DNA of 46,754 nucleotides from Candidatus Paceibacter sp. (GTDB lineage Bacteria; Patescibacteriota; Minisyncoccia; Phycocordibacterales; GCA-2747955): NCBI GenBank assembly GCA_014237915.1, contig JABACC010000012.1, positions 1 to 46,754 of the forward strand, read 5' to 3'. Shown piece by piece: positions 18,994 to 28,169 of this stretch (position 1 is its first letter; each line of letters starts with the position of its first letter). The notes under the pieces were generated by a model. It saw only the letters and a program-made list of their open reading frames with translations, ran no database searches and was not told where the DNA came from. The position numbers and the translations under genes were made by a program.

Positions 18994-19043
18994 AAAAAAA
19001 GATCTTTAAAAAATTATTAAAATTTAAAATTAGAAAAAAGAAA

Positions 19044-20540
19044 ATGTTTTATAAAATAATTTTTCCAATAATTTTTTTACCATATTTTTCTTTTGCTGAT
19101 TTTTCCATCACAGAAATTATGTACGATCTTTCAGGGGGAGATTCTGGTTTTGAATGGATCGAAGTTTTAAACAATTCTTCTTCTGAAAAAAATTTATCCG
19201 AATACAGGTTTAGAGAAGCTGAGGTAAATCACAAAATTTCTTTTTATTCTGGAAGTGAAAATATTTCTGCGGGAAGCAGAGCTGTTATTGCAGACAATCC
19301 AGAAAAGTTTTTAGAAATATATTCTAATTTTTCAGGAAATTTATTTGATTCTTCTTTTTCTCTTTCAAACGAGGGAGAAAATCTTGATATTTTGAACGAA
19401 AATTTAGAATATCAAGATTCAGTTTTTTATCAAAAAGATTGGGGAGCAAACGGAGATGGAAATTCTTTATCTTTAATTTCTGGAGATTTTAAACCAAGAG
19501 AGCCAACTCCAGCGGAGGAAAATTCTTCTGAGGTTTTAGAAGAAATTTCAGAGGACGAAGAAGACACAGATGAAGAAAATGAAAATTTTTTTCAAGAAGA
19601 AAGCTCTTTAGGGATTTCTGGTTTAAAAAAAAGTGGAGAAGAGAAAAACTTTTTTTCAGCAAACAGTGATATTTCTTTGAAAGTTTTTTACCCAGAAAAT
19701 TTTATCAAAGGCGCTGAAACAGAGCTTTTTGTGGAGTTTAGAAATTTAAAAGACCGAGAAGTTGAGGTGGAAAATGTTGTTTGGTTTTTAGGAAATGGAG
19801 ATAAAAAAGAGGGAGAAAAAATTTCTTACACTTATGATTTTGTTGGAAATTATTTAGTGACTCTTGAAATTTTTTACCGAGAAGAAAAAAGAATCTTTCA
19901 GTTTGAAGCAGAAGTTGTCTTGCCAGAATTTTTTATTGAAAAAATTGATTTTGAAGAAGGTTTTATTTATTTAAAAAACTCTTCCGAAAAAAAAGTTGAT
20001 CTTTCTGGTTGGAAAATTTCTGCGGGAGAAAATATTTTTGAAATTCCAGAACACACTTATATTTTAGGAAAAAACCAATTAATTTTAAAAGAAGAAATTT
20101 TGAATTTTTCTCTTTCCTCAGAGCTTAAAACAGAAATGCTTTATCCTTCTGGGCTTCCATATTTTTCTTATGAGATTTTAAAAAAAACAGAAGAAGATTT
20201 AATTAAACAAGAGCTGGAAAAAGATTTAGAAAATAATTTTTATTTACAAGCTCAGGAAAAAAAATTTTCTGAAGAAGTTGAAAATTTTTCTGTTAGTGAA
20301 AAAGAAGAAGTTTTAGAAGAGGAGAAAAAAGAAAATATTTTAAAAAATGAAGGTATTGTTTTAGAAAAAAATGAGAAAAGTTTTTTAAAAGAAAATTTAT
20401 TTATTTTTATTTTTATAATATTTTTAATTTTTCTTTCTTCTTTTCTTGTTTTTTATAAAAAGTTTTCAAGTTCAGAAAAAACTAAAAAAAAGAAAAAAGC
20501 TTTAAAAGTGGAAGATTTTGAAATTGAAGAAATTAAATAA
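19044..20540 (+). CDS. lamin-tail (LTD) and PKD domain surface protein with C-terminal TM
   Basis: ITEIMYD...FEWIEV.N, LSNEGE, PKD-like WFLGNGD...SYTY...G.Y.VTL, second LTD VDLSGWKI. ATG 19044 gives a signal peptide. Confidence 0.8.
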   Translation: MFYKIIFPIIFLPYFSFADFSITEIMYDLSGGDSGFEWIEVLNNSSSEKNLSEYRFREAEVNHKISFYSGSENISAGSRAVIADNPEKFLEIYSNFSGNLFDSSFSLSNEGENLDILNENLEYQDSVFYQKDWGANGDGNSLSLISGDFKPREPTPAEENSSEVLEEISEDEEDTDEENENFFQEESSLGISGLKKSGEEKNFFSANSDISLKVFYPENFIKGAETELFVEFRNLKDREVEVENVVWFLGNGDKKEGEKISYTYDFVGNYLVTLEIFYREEKRIFQFEAEVVLPEFFIEKIDFEEGFIYLKNSSEKKVDLSGWKISAGENIFEIPEHTYILGKNQLILKEEILNFSLSSELKTEMLYPSGLPYFSYEILKKTEEDLIKQELEKDLENNFYLQAQEKKFSEEVENFSVSEKEEVLEEEKKENILKNEGIVLEKNEKSFLKENLFIFIFIIFLIFLSSFLVFYKKFSSSEKTKKKKKALKVEDFEIEEIK

Positions 20541-20546
20541 ATAAAA

Positions 20547-21361
20547 ATGAGAGCAAAAAAATCACTAGGACAAAATTTTTTTAAAAACGAAAAACTTTTA
20601 GAAAAAATAATTGAAAAATCAGAAATTCCAGAAAAAAGCATTGTTTTGGAAATTGGCCCTGGAAAAGGAGCCTTAACAAAAATTTTATTTAAAAATAATT
20701 TCAAAGTTTTTGCAGTTGAAAAAGACAAAAGAATGATTTCTTTTCTGGAAGAGAAATTTGAAAAAGAAATTAAAGATAAAAAATTTTTTCTTTTTGAAGA
20801 CGATGTTTTAAAAATTGATTTTGAAAAAATGGGTTTGAAAAATGAAAAATTTTATTTGGTGGCAAACTTACCTTATTATATTAGTTCAAGATTTTTGCGG
20901 GTTGTTTTTGAAGGAAAAATTTTGCCAAAAAAAATGACCCTTGTTTTACAAAAAGAAGTGGCGCTTAGAATTGCTGAAAAAAAAAAGCGCTCACCAAAAA
21001 GATAAAAGAAAAATCTTCCCTACTTTCTCTTTCTGTAAAAGCTTATGGAGATCCAAAATTTTTATTACCAATTTCAAGAAAAAATTTTAGCCCAATTCCA
21101 AGAGTTGATTCGGCCGCTATTTGTATTGAAAATATTTCTAAAAATTTTTTTAAAAAAAATAAAATTTCCGAAGATGAATTTTTTAATTTTTTAAAAATTT
21201 GTTTTTCTGGAAAAAGAAAAACTCTTTTGAAAAACTTAAGTGCTAAATATAAAAAAGAAAAAATTTTAGAGGTTTTTAATTTTTTAAAAATAAATTTAAA
21301 AGAAAGGGCTGAAGATTTAGAGTTAAAAGATTTTTTAGAAATTAAAAAAAATTTAAACTAA
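20547..21361 (+). pseudogene. rsmA: 16S rRNA dimethyltransferase RsmA/KsgA, frameshifted at A10 run (20977-20986)
   Basis: AKKSLGQNF, LEIGPGKGALT, ANLPYYISS, QKEVA. The C-terminal part (SLLSLSVKAYG...FSPIPRVDSA...KRKTLLKNL...RAEDL) continues in another frame to TAA 21359-21361. Confidence 0.9.
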
Positions 21362-21370
21362 AAAATAAAA

Positions 21371-21727
21371 TTAAATTTTTGAGGTTCCATAAATTAGCAT
21401 AAGAGGACCAATTCCAATAGGAATAATTCCTGCAAAACAAGGAACAGGAATTAAAAATCCACCCAATATTGATTGAACGGGAGTTTTAGGCGGCCCAAAG
21501 AGACTTATTTTTCCAGCTGAATAAATTGAAGTTGTCCAAAAAGTTGGAGGAAAGGGTGTATTTACAATAAAAATTCCAGGAGGAGAAGTACAAGGAACAG
21601 GAGGAGAAACAACTCGTCCAGCAAAAGGAATAAGCGCATTTGTTTTTTGTGGAAGAAAAAATAGAAAAATCAAAATAGGAATAAAAAAAAATAGAAGATT
21701 TTTTTTCAAAAATAAATTTATAAACAT
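21371..21727 (-). CDS. small Pro/Gly-rich exported hypothetical protein with two Cys
   Basis: Signal-peptide-like start (…TNA|LIPFAGRV), C...C pair, C-terminal GTS; own TGCTATAAT element 6 nt before ATG. Confidence 0.7.
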   Translation of the reverse strand: MFINLFLKKNLLFFFIPILIFLFFLPQKTNALIPFAGRVVSPPVPCTSPPGIFIVNTPFPPTFWTTSIYSAGKISLFGPPKTPVQSILGGFLIPVPCFAGIIPIGIGPLMLIYGTSKI

Positions 21728-21772
21728 AAAAAAATTATAGCATATGCTAAAAAATTATTTTATACTTAAAAA

Positions 21773-22642
21773 ATGAAAAAACAAACAAAAAGAAAATTAA
21801 TTTATTTTTTAATAATAATTTTTGTAATTTTAATATTTTTTTTAATTTACTTTTTCTTTTTTAAAGATTTAGAAAAAGACAAAAAGGATTTAACCGACAC
21901 AGATTTTCCAGAAGATCAAACAGATCAACCTGATAAAGATTTTTTTCCAGACATTGAAACCCCAGAAGAAGATACTTTCACTCAAGATGAAATAAAAGAT
22001 GAGGAAAAAGATGAAGAAGGTTTTTTTAAAGATGAATTTATTTTTCAGGAACCAGAAATTAAAACCAGTATTTTAATTCCAGAAAATAATTTTTATGATC
22101 AACAAAAAGACGTTGAAGAAAACGCTATTTTTTTGAAAACACTTTCAGGAATTGAAGGCTCAGATGAGACTGAGCAGATTAAAAACATAGAAGAGGAAAT
22201 AAATTTTCTTGATTTTTTTGAAAACACTTTTGAAATCAAAGAACACTCCCAAACCCAAAAAGATATTTTAGAAATATTTTCAGTTGTTGATTCTCACGAG
22301 GAAGTAACTTTTGAAACTCTTACTGGTTTCGAAAACGCTATTTTAAACAAAGAAATTTCAGATGAAGACGCTGAAGTTTTAAAATTTTTTTATGAGGATC
22401 TTTTAAGAATTTCTAAAGGAATAAATTTATTAGAAGTTGAAGAATCTTTAGAAAACGACAAAAAAGAACTTTCCCTTGTTTATGAAAATTTATCAAAAAG
22501 CTTAGTTAAAATATTAGAAACAGAAAACAGAAACACAGAGCAAAACAAAGATTTTTTAAATGAACTTTTTTTCTACACAGAAAACGCTGTAAAATTAAGT
22601 GAAATTTTAGTAAAACTCGATGGTATTTTTTTAAGTTTTTAA
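21773..22642 (+). CDS. hypothetical membrane-anchored acidic protein
   Basis: N-terminal TM, acidic linker, helical C-domain. Confidence 0.65.
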   Translation: MKKQTKRKLIYFLIIIFVILIFFLIYFFFFKDLEKDKKDLTDTDFPEDQTDQPDKDFFPDIETPEEDTFTQDEIKDEEKDEEGFFKDEFIFQEPEIKTSILIPENNFYDQQKDVEENAIFLKTLSGIEGSDETEQIKNIEEEINFLDFFENTFEIKEHSQTQKDILEIFSVVDSHEEVTFETLTGFENAILNKEISDEDAEVLKFFYEDLLRISKGINLLEVEESLENDKKELSLVYENLSKSLVKILETENRNTEQNKDFLNELFFYTENAVKLSEILVKLDGIFLSF

Positions 22643-22698
22643 AAAATTAATAATTTTTTGTTTAATTTTTAGAAAAATTTTATTATAATTAAATAAAT

Positions 22699-23634
22699 AT
22701 GAAAAACTTTCTACCAGAAAAAAAATTTGTTTTAAATTTTTTATTACCAGCTCTAATTATTTTTTTAATTATTTTTTATTTTTTTTATTCAGATAAAATT
22801 TTCCAAAAAAATAAAGAAAAAAAAAAGGCTGTGTTTGAAAGTTTTTCAAACACTCAGTTTTCTTCTCAAGATTCAGACGGAGACGGACTTTATGATTTTG
22901 AAGAAGAATCTTATGGAACAGACCCTTTTGATTCTGATACAGATAAAGACGGCACACAAGATGGAGAAGAAGTTCATGTTGGAGCAGATCCTCTTGTTTT
23001 TGGAGTTAGTCCGAAATTTCAAAAAACAGAATCTGTTTTTGATGATGTAAAAAATACTTATCAATATGATTCTGACCTAACAAAAACTCAAAAGTTTTCT
23101 AGAGATTTTTTGGTTAATTTTTTTGAAAGCGGCGCCTCTTCAGGGCTTTCAGAAACACAAATCCAAGATTTTTCTGACGATTTAATTAACCAAAACAGAG
23201 GGTTTTTGTCAGCAAAATATTCAGAGGAAAACATTAAAATAGATATTTTAAAAACACCAGAATCTTATTTTAATGACTATATTGAAGTGGTAGATATTTT
23301 AAATAGAATTAAAAAAAATGAACTTTCTTTAATTGTTCAATATTCACAAACAGGCGATGTTTACTATAAGAATGAAATTTTAAAAATAACCAAGATTAAT
23401 GAAGAATTTTTAGAAAAATTTTCAGAAAAAACCATACCACCCGACGCTTTTAGTGCCCATGTTTTATTTTTAAATGAAGTTTATTTTTATAATGAAAGTT
23501 TAAAAAATATTGTTGAATTTGAAATTGACCCTCTTAATGCTCTTGTTTTTATGTCTAATTTTTCTAAAAAAATGGAAGATTTAAGTTTTGCAACAACAAA
23601 TCTATCTTTGTATTTTAAAAACAAAGGGCTATAA
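22699..23634 (+). CDS. membrane-anchored protein with thrombospondin-type-3-like Ca-binding repeats
   Basis: DSDGDGLYDFEE...GTDPFDSDTDKDGTQDGEE. Confidence 0.75.
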   Translation: MKNFLPEKKFVLNFLLPALIIFLIIFYFFYSDKIFQKNKEKKKAVFESFSNTQFSSQDSDGDGLYDFEEESYGTDPFDSDTDKDGTQDGEEVHVGADPLVFGVSPKFQKTESVFDDVKNTYQYDSDLTKTQKFSRDFLVNFFESGASSGLSETQIQDFSDDLINQNRGFLSAKYSEENIKIDILKTPESYFNDYIEVVDILNRIKKNELSLIVQYSQTGDVYYKNEILKITKINEEFLEKFSEKTIPPDAFSAHVLFLNEVYFYNESLKNIVEFEIDPLNALVFMSNFSKKMEDLSFATTNLSLYFKNKGL

Positions 23635-23641
23635 TATAAAA

Positions 23642-25762
23642 ATGAATTTTTTAACTTTAAACAAAAAAATAATTAGCACCTTAGTTTTAATATTTTTTGT
23701 TTTTCCTATTTTTTATCCAACAGCTTTAGTTTTTGCTGATAATCACGACAAAGCGGAGAACCCCGCCGCGGAAGCAACCCCTTCTTCAAATTCTGGTTCT
23801 ACGAGCACAAATAATTCAAATACTAACAATGCTGCCAATTCTAACTCCACACAAAATACACAACAAACAACACAAACCCAGAATACATCTTCAGGAGGAG
23901 GAGGTGGAAGCATTGGAACAGCTGTGGCAACGGGAGCAGCCAGTGGACTCACAGCTTGTTTAGCGGGACCAGCAATTACAGCTATCGCAGGGTTTGTAAC
24001 AGGAAGTGCAGCAGCAACAGTTTTAGCTGTCCCAACATCTGATCTTTTAAACACTGGAGCAACAGGAATAGGTGCTACATCAGATACAGCTAGTTTCTGG
24101 AAAGAATGTGTTTTAGACGGGCTTGCAAAATCGGTTGTTAACTCAGTGCTTCAAACAATGATCCGAGAAACAACACTTTGGGTTAACAGAGGTTTTGATG
24201 GAAGCCCAGCTTTTATTAAAGACAGAGATGCTTTTTTCGAATCTGTTGCTGACAGAGTCGTTTCTGATATTATTGAAAATAACGCTCAGCTTCAATTTCT
24301 TTGTGAGCCATTTGAGTTTGATTTAAAATATAGGCTTAACATTGATTTTTATGGAACTGATGTTTATGAACCATACTGTACAATAGACGACATAGGAGAC
24401 AACATAGACGGAGCCATTGATTTAGTAGAAAAAAATTTTTCTTGGGATAATTTCTTAGATGTTAATGTAAGAGAAGGAAATAATATTTGGGGAGTTTATT
24501 ATAATTTAAAAAATGATATTGATAGTCGAATAGTAGAAGAGAAAAAAGAAGTAGAAGAAGATGAAAAAAGAGGTTCTGGGTTTTTATCAATTAAAAAATG
24601 TGTTCAAGATGGAGAAACTTCGTACGGAGTAGATAAATATAGTCCTGAACAAATTGCCTCACTAAAGGCGGAGGTAGCGGGTTATGAGGAAAAATATAAA
24701 AAAATTAATTTTGCCGGCAACTTATCGGCTGCCGAAATAGAAAAAAGACAAGAAGAAGCAAATGATTTAATAGCAAAAATACAAAAAATCGAGAGTGTTT
24801 TAGATAGTACTGGTTTTGCCGATGATTTACCAGCTGAAGACAAAAGCTGTAAGCAGACAACCCCCGGAAATGTCATAAGTGAGTCTTTAAACAAAGCTAT
24901 TGGTTCAGACACAGAATATTTGCAGTTAGCCGATGAGTTTGACGAACTTATAACAGCCCTTATAAACCAATTGGTAAAAACTGTTTTGAGCGAAGCAGGA
25001 CTTGCAGGTTTTGAATCAGGTAATAGTTTTTCAGAACCAGATCTTTCAAATCCAGGTCTTGCTGAACAAACAAAAAATTCACTAAATGGTTTTATCGCTT
25101 CAACAGATCAGTACATAAAAACCCAAGAGGAAAAAATTTCTATTATTGAAGGAGTTGAGGAAAGTATTGATGATGTTATTTCATGTTTTGGAGAAAAAAC
25201 AGAGCAAAGTATAAGCACAGAAAAAAAATCAGCAAGAAATGGAATTTCCCAAAGATACGATATTGGCGATTTAATTAAAGAAAGAGATTTAAGTTTTTTT
25301 GATGAAGATGAAAAAACAAACGCCATTTTTTATAGACACCCAAATTCAAATATTTCAAAAATTGAGTTACTGTTGCCAGAGGACGCACAAAGATATTTAG
25401 GTGAATTTTCTAAAGACTTAGATTTTCTTGAAAATGAAAAAGCTTTTGCGCAAATAGATATAGTTGAAGCTAAAAACAACGAAAGTAGAGCAAGGGTTAT
25501 ATTAAGCGACCTTGGGCAAAGCAGTAGCGCAGAAAATATTTTAGAAACTTATGGATCTTTAGGAAATAATTTTCAACCATATGATAATTCTAAAGAAGGA
25601 CAAGAAAAAATAAACTTACAAATTTTAACTGGAGAAATGTTTATTATTTCCTCAGAAGAAGGTGAGAATGAAAATATTTTAGAGTTTTGTCAGGCTTTTG
25701 AAAATGTTTTAGATTACGATGATTATGAAAATTTTCCAGAATTAGAAAAATATATTAATTAA
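23642..25762 (+). CDS. large exported hypothetical protein with Gly/Ala hydrophobic segment and coiled coils
   Basis: Signal peptide from ATG 23642, S/T/N/Q linker, GGGGGS, ~50-aa G/A/T-rich hydrophobic stretch, KECVLDG...WVNRGFDGSPAF. Confidence 0.75.
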   Translation: MNFLTLNKKIISTLVLIFFVFPIFYPTALVFADNHDKAENPAAEATPSSNSGSTSTNNSNTNNAANSNSTQNTQQTTQTQNTSSGGGGGSIGTAVATGAASGLTACLAGPAITAIAGFVTGSAAATVLAVPTSDLLNTGATGIGATSDTASFWKECVLDGLAKSVVNSVLQTMIRETTLWVNRGFDGSPAFIKDRDAFFESVADRVVSDIIENNAQLQFLCEPFEFDLKYRLNIDFYGTDVYEPYCTIDDIGDNIDGAIDLVEKNFSWDNFLDVNVREGNNIWGVYYNLKNDIDSRIVEEKKEVEEDEKRGSGFLSIKKCVQDGETSYGVDKYSPEQIASLKAEVAGYEEKYKKINFAGNLSAAEIEKRQEEANDLIAKIQKIESVLDSTGFADDLPAEDKSCKQTTPGNVISESLNKAIGSDTEYLQLADEFDELITALINQLVKTVLSEAGLAGFESGNSFSEPDLSNPGLAEQTKNSLNGFIASTDQYIKTQEEKISIIEGVEESIDDVISCFGEKTEQSISTEKKSARNGISQRYDIGDLIKERDLSFFDEDEKTNAIFYRHPNSNISKIELLLPEDAQRYLGEFSKDLDFLENEKAFAQIDIVEAKNNESRARVILSDLGQSSSAENILETYGSLGNNFQPYDNSKEGQEKINLQILTGEMFIISSEEGENENILEFCQAFENVLDYDDYENFPELEKYIN

Positions 25763-25768
25763 TTTTTT

Positions 25769-26215
25769 ATGGAAAAATTTAGTAAAGAACAAGTTGAAAA
25801 AGCTTATAATTCTTTAGATTTAAGAATAAAACCTATCGCAACATCCCCTCAGGTTTTAAACGATATTATTGAAATAGCTAAAAAATATAATTTAAGAACC
25901 GACAGAGAAGGAGATTTTGTTGAACTTGTTGGAAATTCAATTATTGGGCTTTTGGATTTTTCAAAACTTTTATATGAAATAGAAAACATTGAAGAAATAA
26001 ACAGAGATATTGCTCAAAAAATAATGACAGATTTAGATAATAAAATTTTTTCAAAAATAAGAAAAACTCTAGAACAAAGCCTCGAAGAAGAAATTAAAAA
26101 TATTGAAGAAATTAAAACAGAAGGAAAAAAAGATTTTGTTAACAACTCAGGTATTACAAAAAAATCAAAAACAGAGGAATTTTTTTTTGATCCATACAGA
26201 GAGTCAATTGAATAA
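25769..26215 (+). CDS. conserved hypothetical protein (C-terminal DPYRE motif)
   Basis: Ends FDPYRESIE; operonic with the upstream gene. Confidence 0.7.
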   Translation: MEKFSKEQVEKAYNSLDLRIKPIATSPQVLNDIIEIAKKYNLRTDREGDFVELVGNSIIGLLDFSKLLYEIENIEEINRDIAQKIMTDLDNKIFSKIRKTLEQSLEEEIKNIEEIKTEGKKDFVNNSGITKKSKTEEFFFDPYRESIE

Positions 26216-26262
26216 TTTTTTATTTTATAAATAAAAATTAAAAAATTTGTTATAATTTTTTT

Positions 26263-27012
26263 ATGACACCATGGGCTCGAAAGAAGAAAATTTTAATTTT
26301 TTTTATAGTTATATTTTTTATAGCGGTTTTTATTTATTTTTTATACACATCTTTTTTTAAAGCCAGCCCCACTTGTTTTGATGGAATTTTAAATGCAGAC
26401 GAACAAGGAATTGATTGTGGAGGAGCTTGTTTAGAAGTTTGCTCTTTTTCAGCTGTTTCTCCAAACATTTTTTGGACAAGATCCTTTGAGGTTGTTCCGG
26501 GGCTTTATAATTTAGTATCTAGGATTAATAATCCAAACGGAAATCTTTCTTTTGAAAGTTCGTATAAGTTTTCATATTTTGATTCGAAGGGTTTTTTGTT
26601 GGGTGAATATTTTGGAAAAACTAAAATTCTTCCGTATGAGAAAAAAATTATTTTTGTACCCTCAGTTTTTGTTGATCAAGCAAGAATTTCTCAAACTTTT
26701 TTTGAATTTATAGAAAAACCATCTTGGCAAAAATCAGAAAGAGTTGAAAATAATATTTTGGTTTTATCAAGAGACCTTAATGAAAATTTTCAAGAGCCAA
26801 GACTCGATGTTTTAGTTAAAAACGAGGAACTTTTTTCTCAAGAAGAAGTTGAAGTTGTTGCTGTTTTAAAAAACTTAGATGGAAATGTTGTGAATGTTTC
26901 AAAAACTTATATTGATAAAATTTTGTCAGGTGAAGAAAAATTGGTTTTTATGACTTGGAAAAAAAGATTTGAGGAAAAAATTACATCAATAGAAATTTAT
27001 TTTAATAAATAG
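26263..27012 (+). CDS. membrane-anchored protein with Cys-rich PTCxDGxxNxxExGxDCGGxC motif
   Basis: Motif directly visible after the N-terminal TM; two Ig-like domains follow. Confidence 0.75.
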   Translation: MTPWARKKKILIFFIVIFFIAVFIYFLYTSFFKASPTCFDGILNADEQGIDCGGACLEVCSFSAVSPNIFWTRSFEVVPGLYNLVSRINNPNGNLSFESSYKFSYFDSKGFLLGEYFGKTKILPYEKKIIFVPSVFVDQARISQTFFEFIEKPSWQKSERVENNILVLSRDLNENFQEPRLDVLVKNEELFSQEEVEVVAVLKNLDGNVVNVSKTYIDKILSGEEKLVFMTWKKRFEEKITSIEIYFNK

Positions 27013-27016
27013 CTTT

Positions 27017-28150
27017 ATGTTTTTTAATTTTTTTAAAAAAAATAAAATTGACTGGTATATTTTTTTTTCCGCTTTTTTTTTAAGTATTTTAGGTCTTTCT
27101 GTGATGCCATCATTTGAAAGCGCCGGAGTTTCTTTTTTTGAAAAACAGGCTTTTTTTATTTTTTTAGGAATAGTCTTATTTTTTTTATTAGCCTCTTTGG
27201 ATTTTTATTTTTTAAAAAAATCTTCTTTTATTATTTTTTTATATTTATTTTCTGTTTTTATTTTAATTTTACTTTTTTTTTTCGGCACAGAAATAAACGG
27301 AGCAAGGTCTTGGTTTGATTTTATTTTTTTTAAGTTTCAGCCAACAGATTTTGTTAAAATATCTCTCATAATTATTTTGGCAAAATTTTTTTCAAGAAGA
27401 CATATTGAAATTTCAAGGTTTTTGCATTTTTTTGTTTCTGGAATTTATGCTTTTATTCCTTTTTTATTAATTTTTCTACAACCTGATTTCGGTTCAGCTT
27501 TTACACTTTTTTTAATTTGGTTTTTTATGATTTTTTTTTCAGGATTATCAAAAAAATATATTTTATTTATTTTCAGCTCAGGAATTTTAATTTTTTTGAG
27601 CTTTTGGTTTTTTGTCTTTGCTCCCTATCAAAAAGAAAGATTGATTACTTTTTTAAGTCCCGAAAGTGATTTTCTAGGTGCAGGATATAATATTTCCCAA
27701 GCCCAAATAGCTATTGGTTCAGGAGGTTTTTTTGGAAAAGGTTATTTAGGCGGAACCCAATCAAGACTTTCGTACTTACCAGAAAATGAAAGTGATTTTA
27801 TTTTTTCTGCATTTTCTGAAGAATGGGGATTTTTTGGAATTATTTTACTTTTTCTTTTTTTTGGAACTATAATTTATAGGCTTGGAAAAATTTCTCTAAA
27901 TTCTCGTGATAATTTTTCAGCCTTTCTAACCCTTGGTGTTGCCACTTATTTTCTTTCACACTTTTTTGTGCACATTGGAGTTAATTTAGGTTTCTTGCCG
28001 GTGACGGGGACAACCCTTCCTTTTTTGTCGTACGGAGGATCACATATTTTGTCAGAATTTATTGCACTAGGAATTATTGTTGGTCTTTCAAAAAATAATC
28101 TTCTTTACAAAAGAAAATATTCAGAGAAAGAGCTTTTTTCTGAGAAATAA
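27017..28150 (+). CDS. rodA: SEDS family peptidoglycan glycosyltransferase RodA/FtsW
   Basis: GARSW, FQPTDFVK, LQPDFGS, YQKER, AIGSGG..GKG, PENESDFIF, LPFLSYGGS. rodA versus ftsW is not certain. Confidence 0.85.
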   Translation: MFFNFFKKNKIDWYIFFSAFFLSILGLSVMPSFESAGVSFFEKQAFFIFLGIVLFFLLASLDFYFLKKSSFIIFLYLFSVFILILLFFFGTEINGARSWFDFIFFKFQPTDFVKISLIIILAKFFSRRHIEISRFLHFFVSGIYAFIPFLLIFLQPDFGSAFTLFLIWFFMIFFSGLSKKYILFIFSSGILIFLSFWFFVFAPYQKERLITFLSPESDFLGAGYNISQAQIAIGSGGFFGKGYLGGTQSRLSYLPENESDFIFSAFSEEWGFFGIILLFLFFGTIIYRLGKISLNSRDNFSAFLTLGVATYFLSHFFVHIGVNLGFLPVTGTTLPFLSYGGSHILSEFIALGIIVGLSKNNLLYKRKYSEKELFSEK

Positions 28151-28169
28151 TTTTATATAATAACTTATT

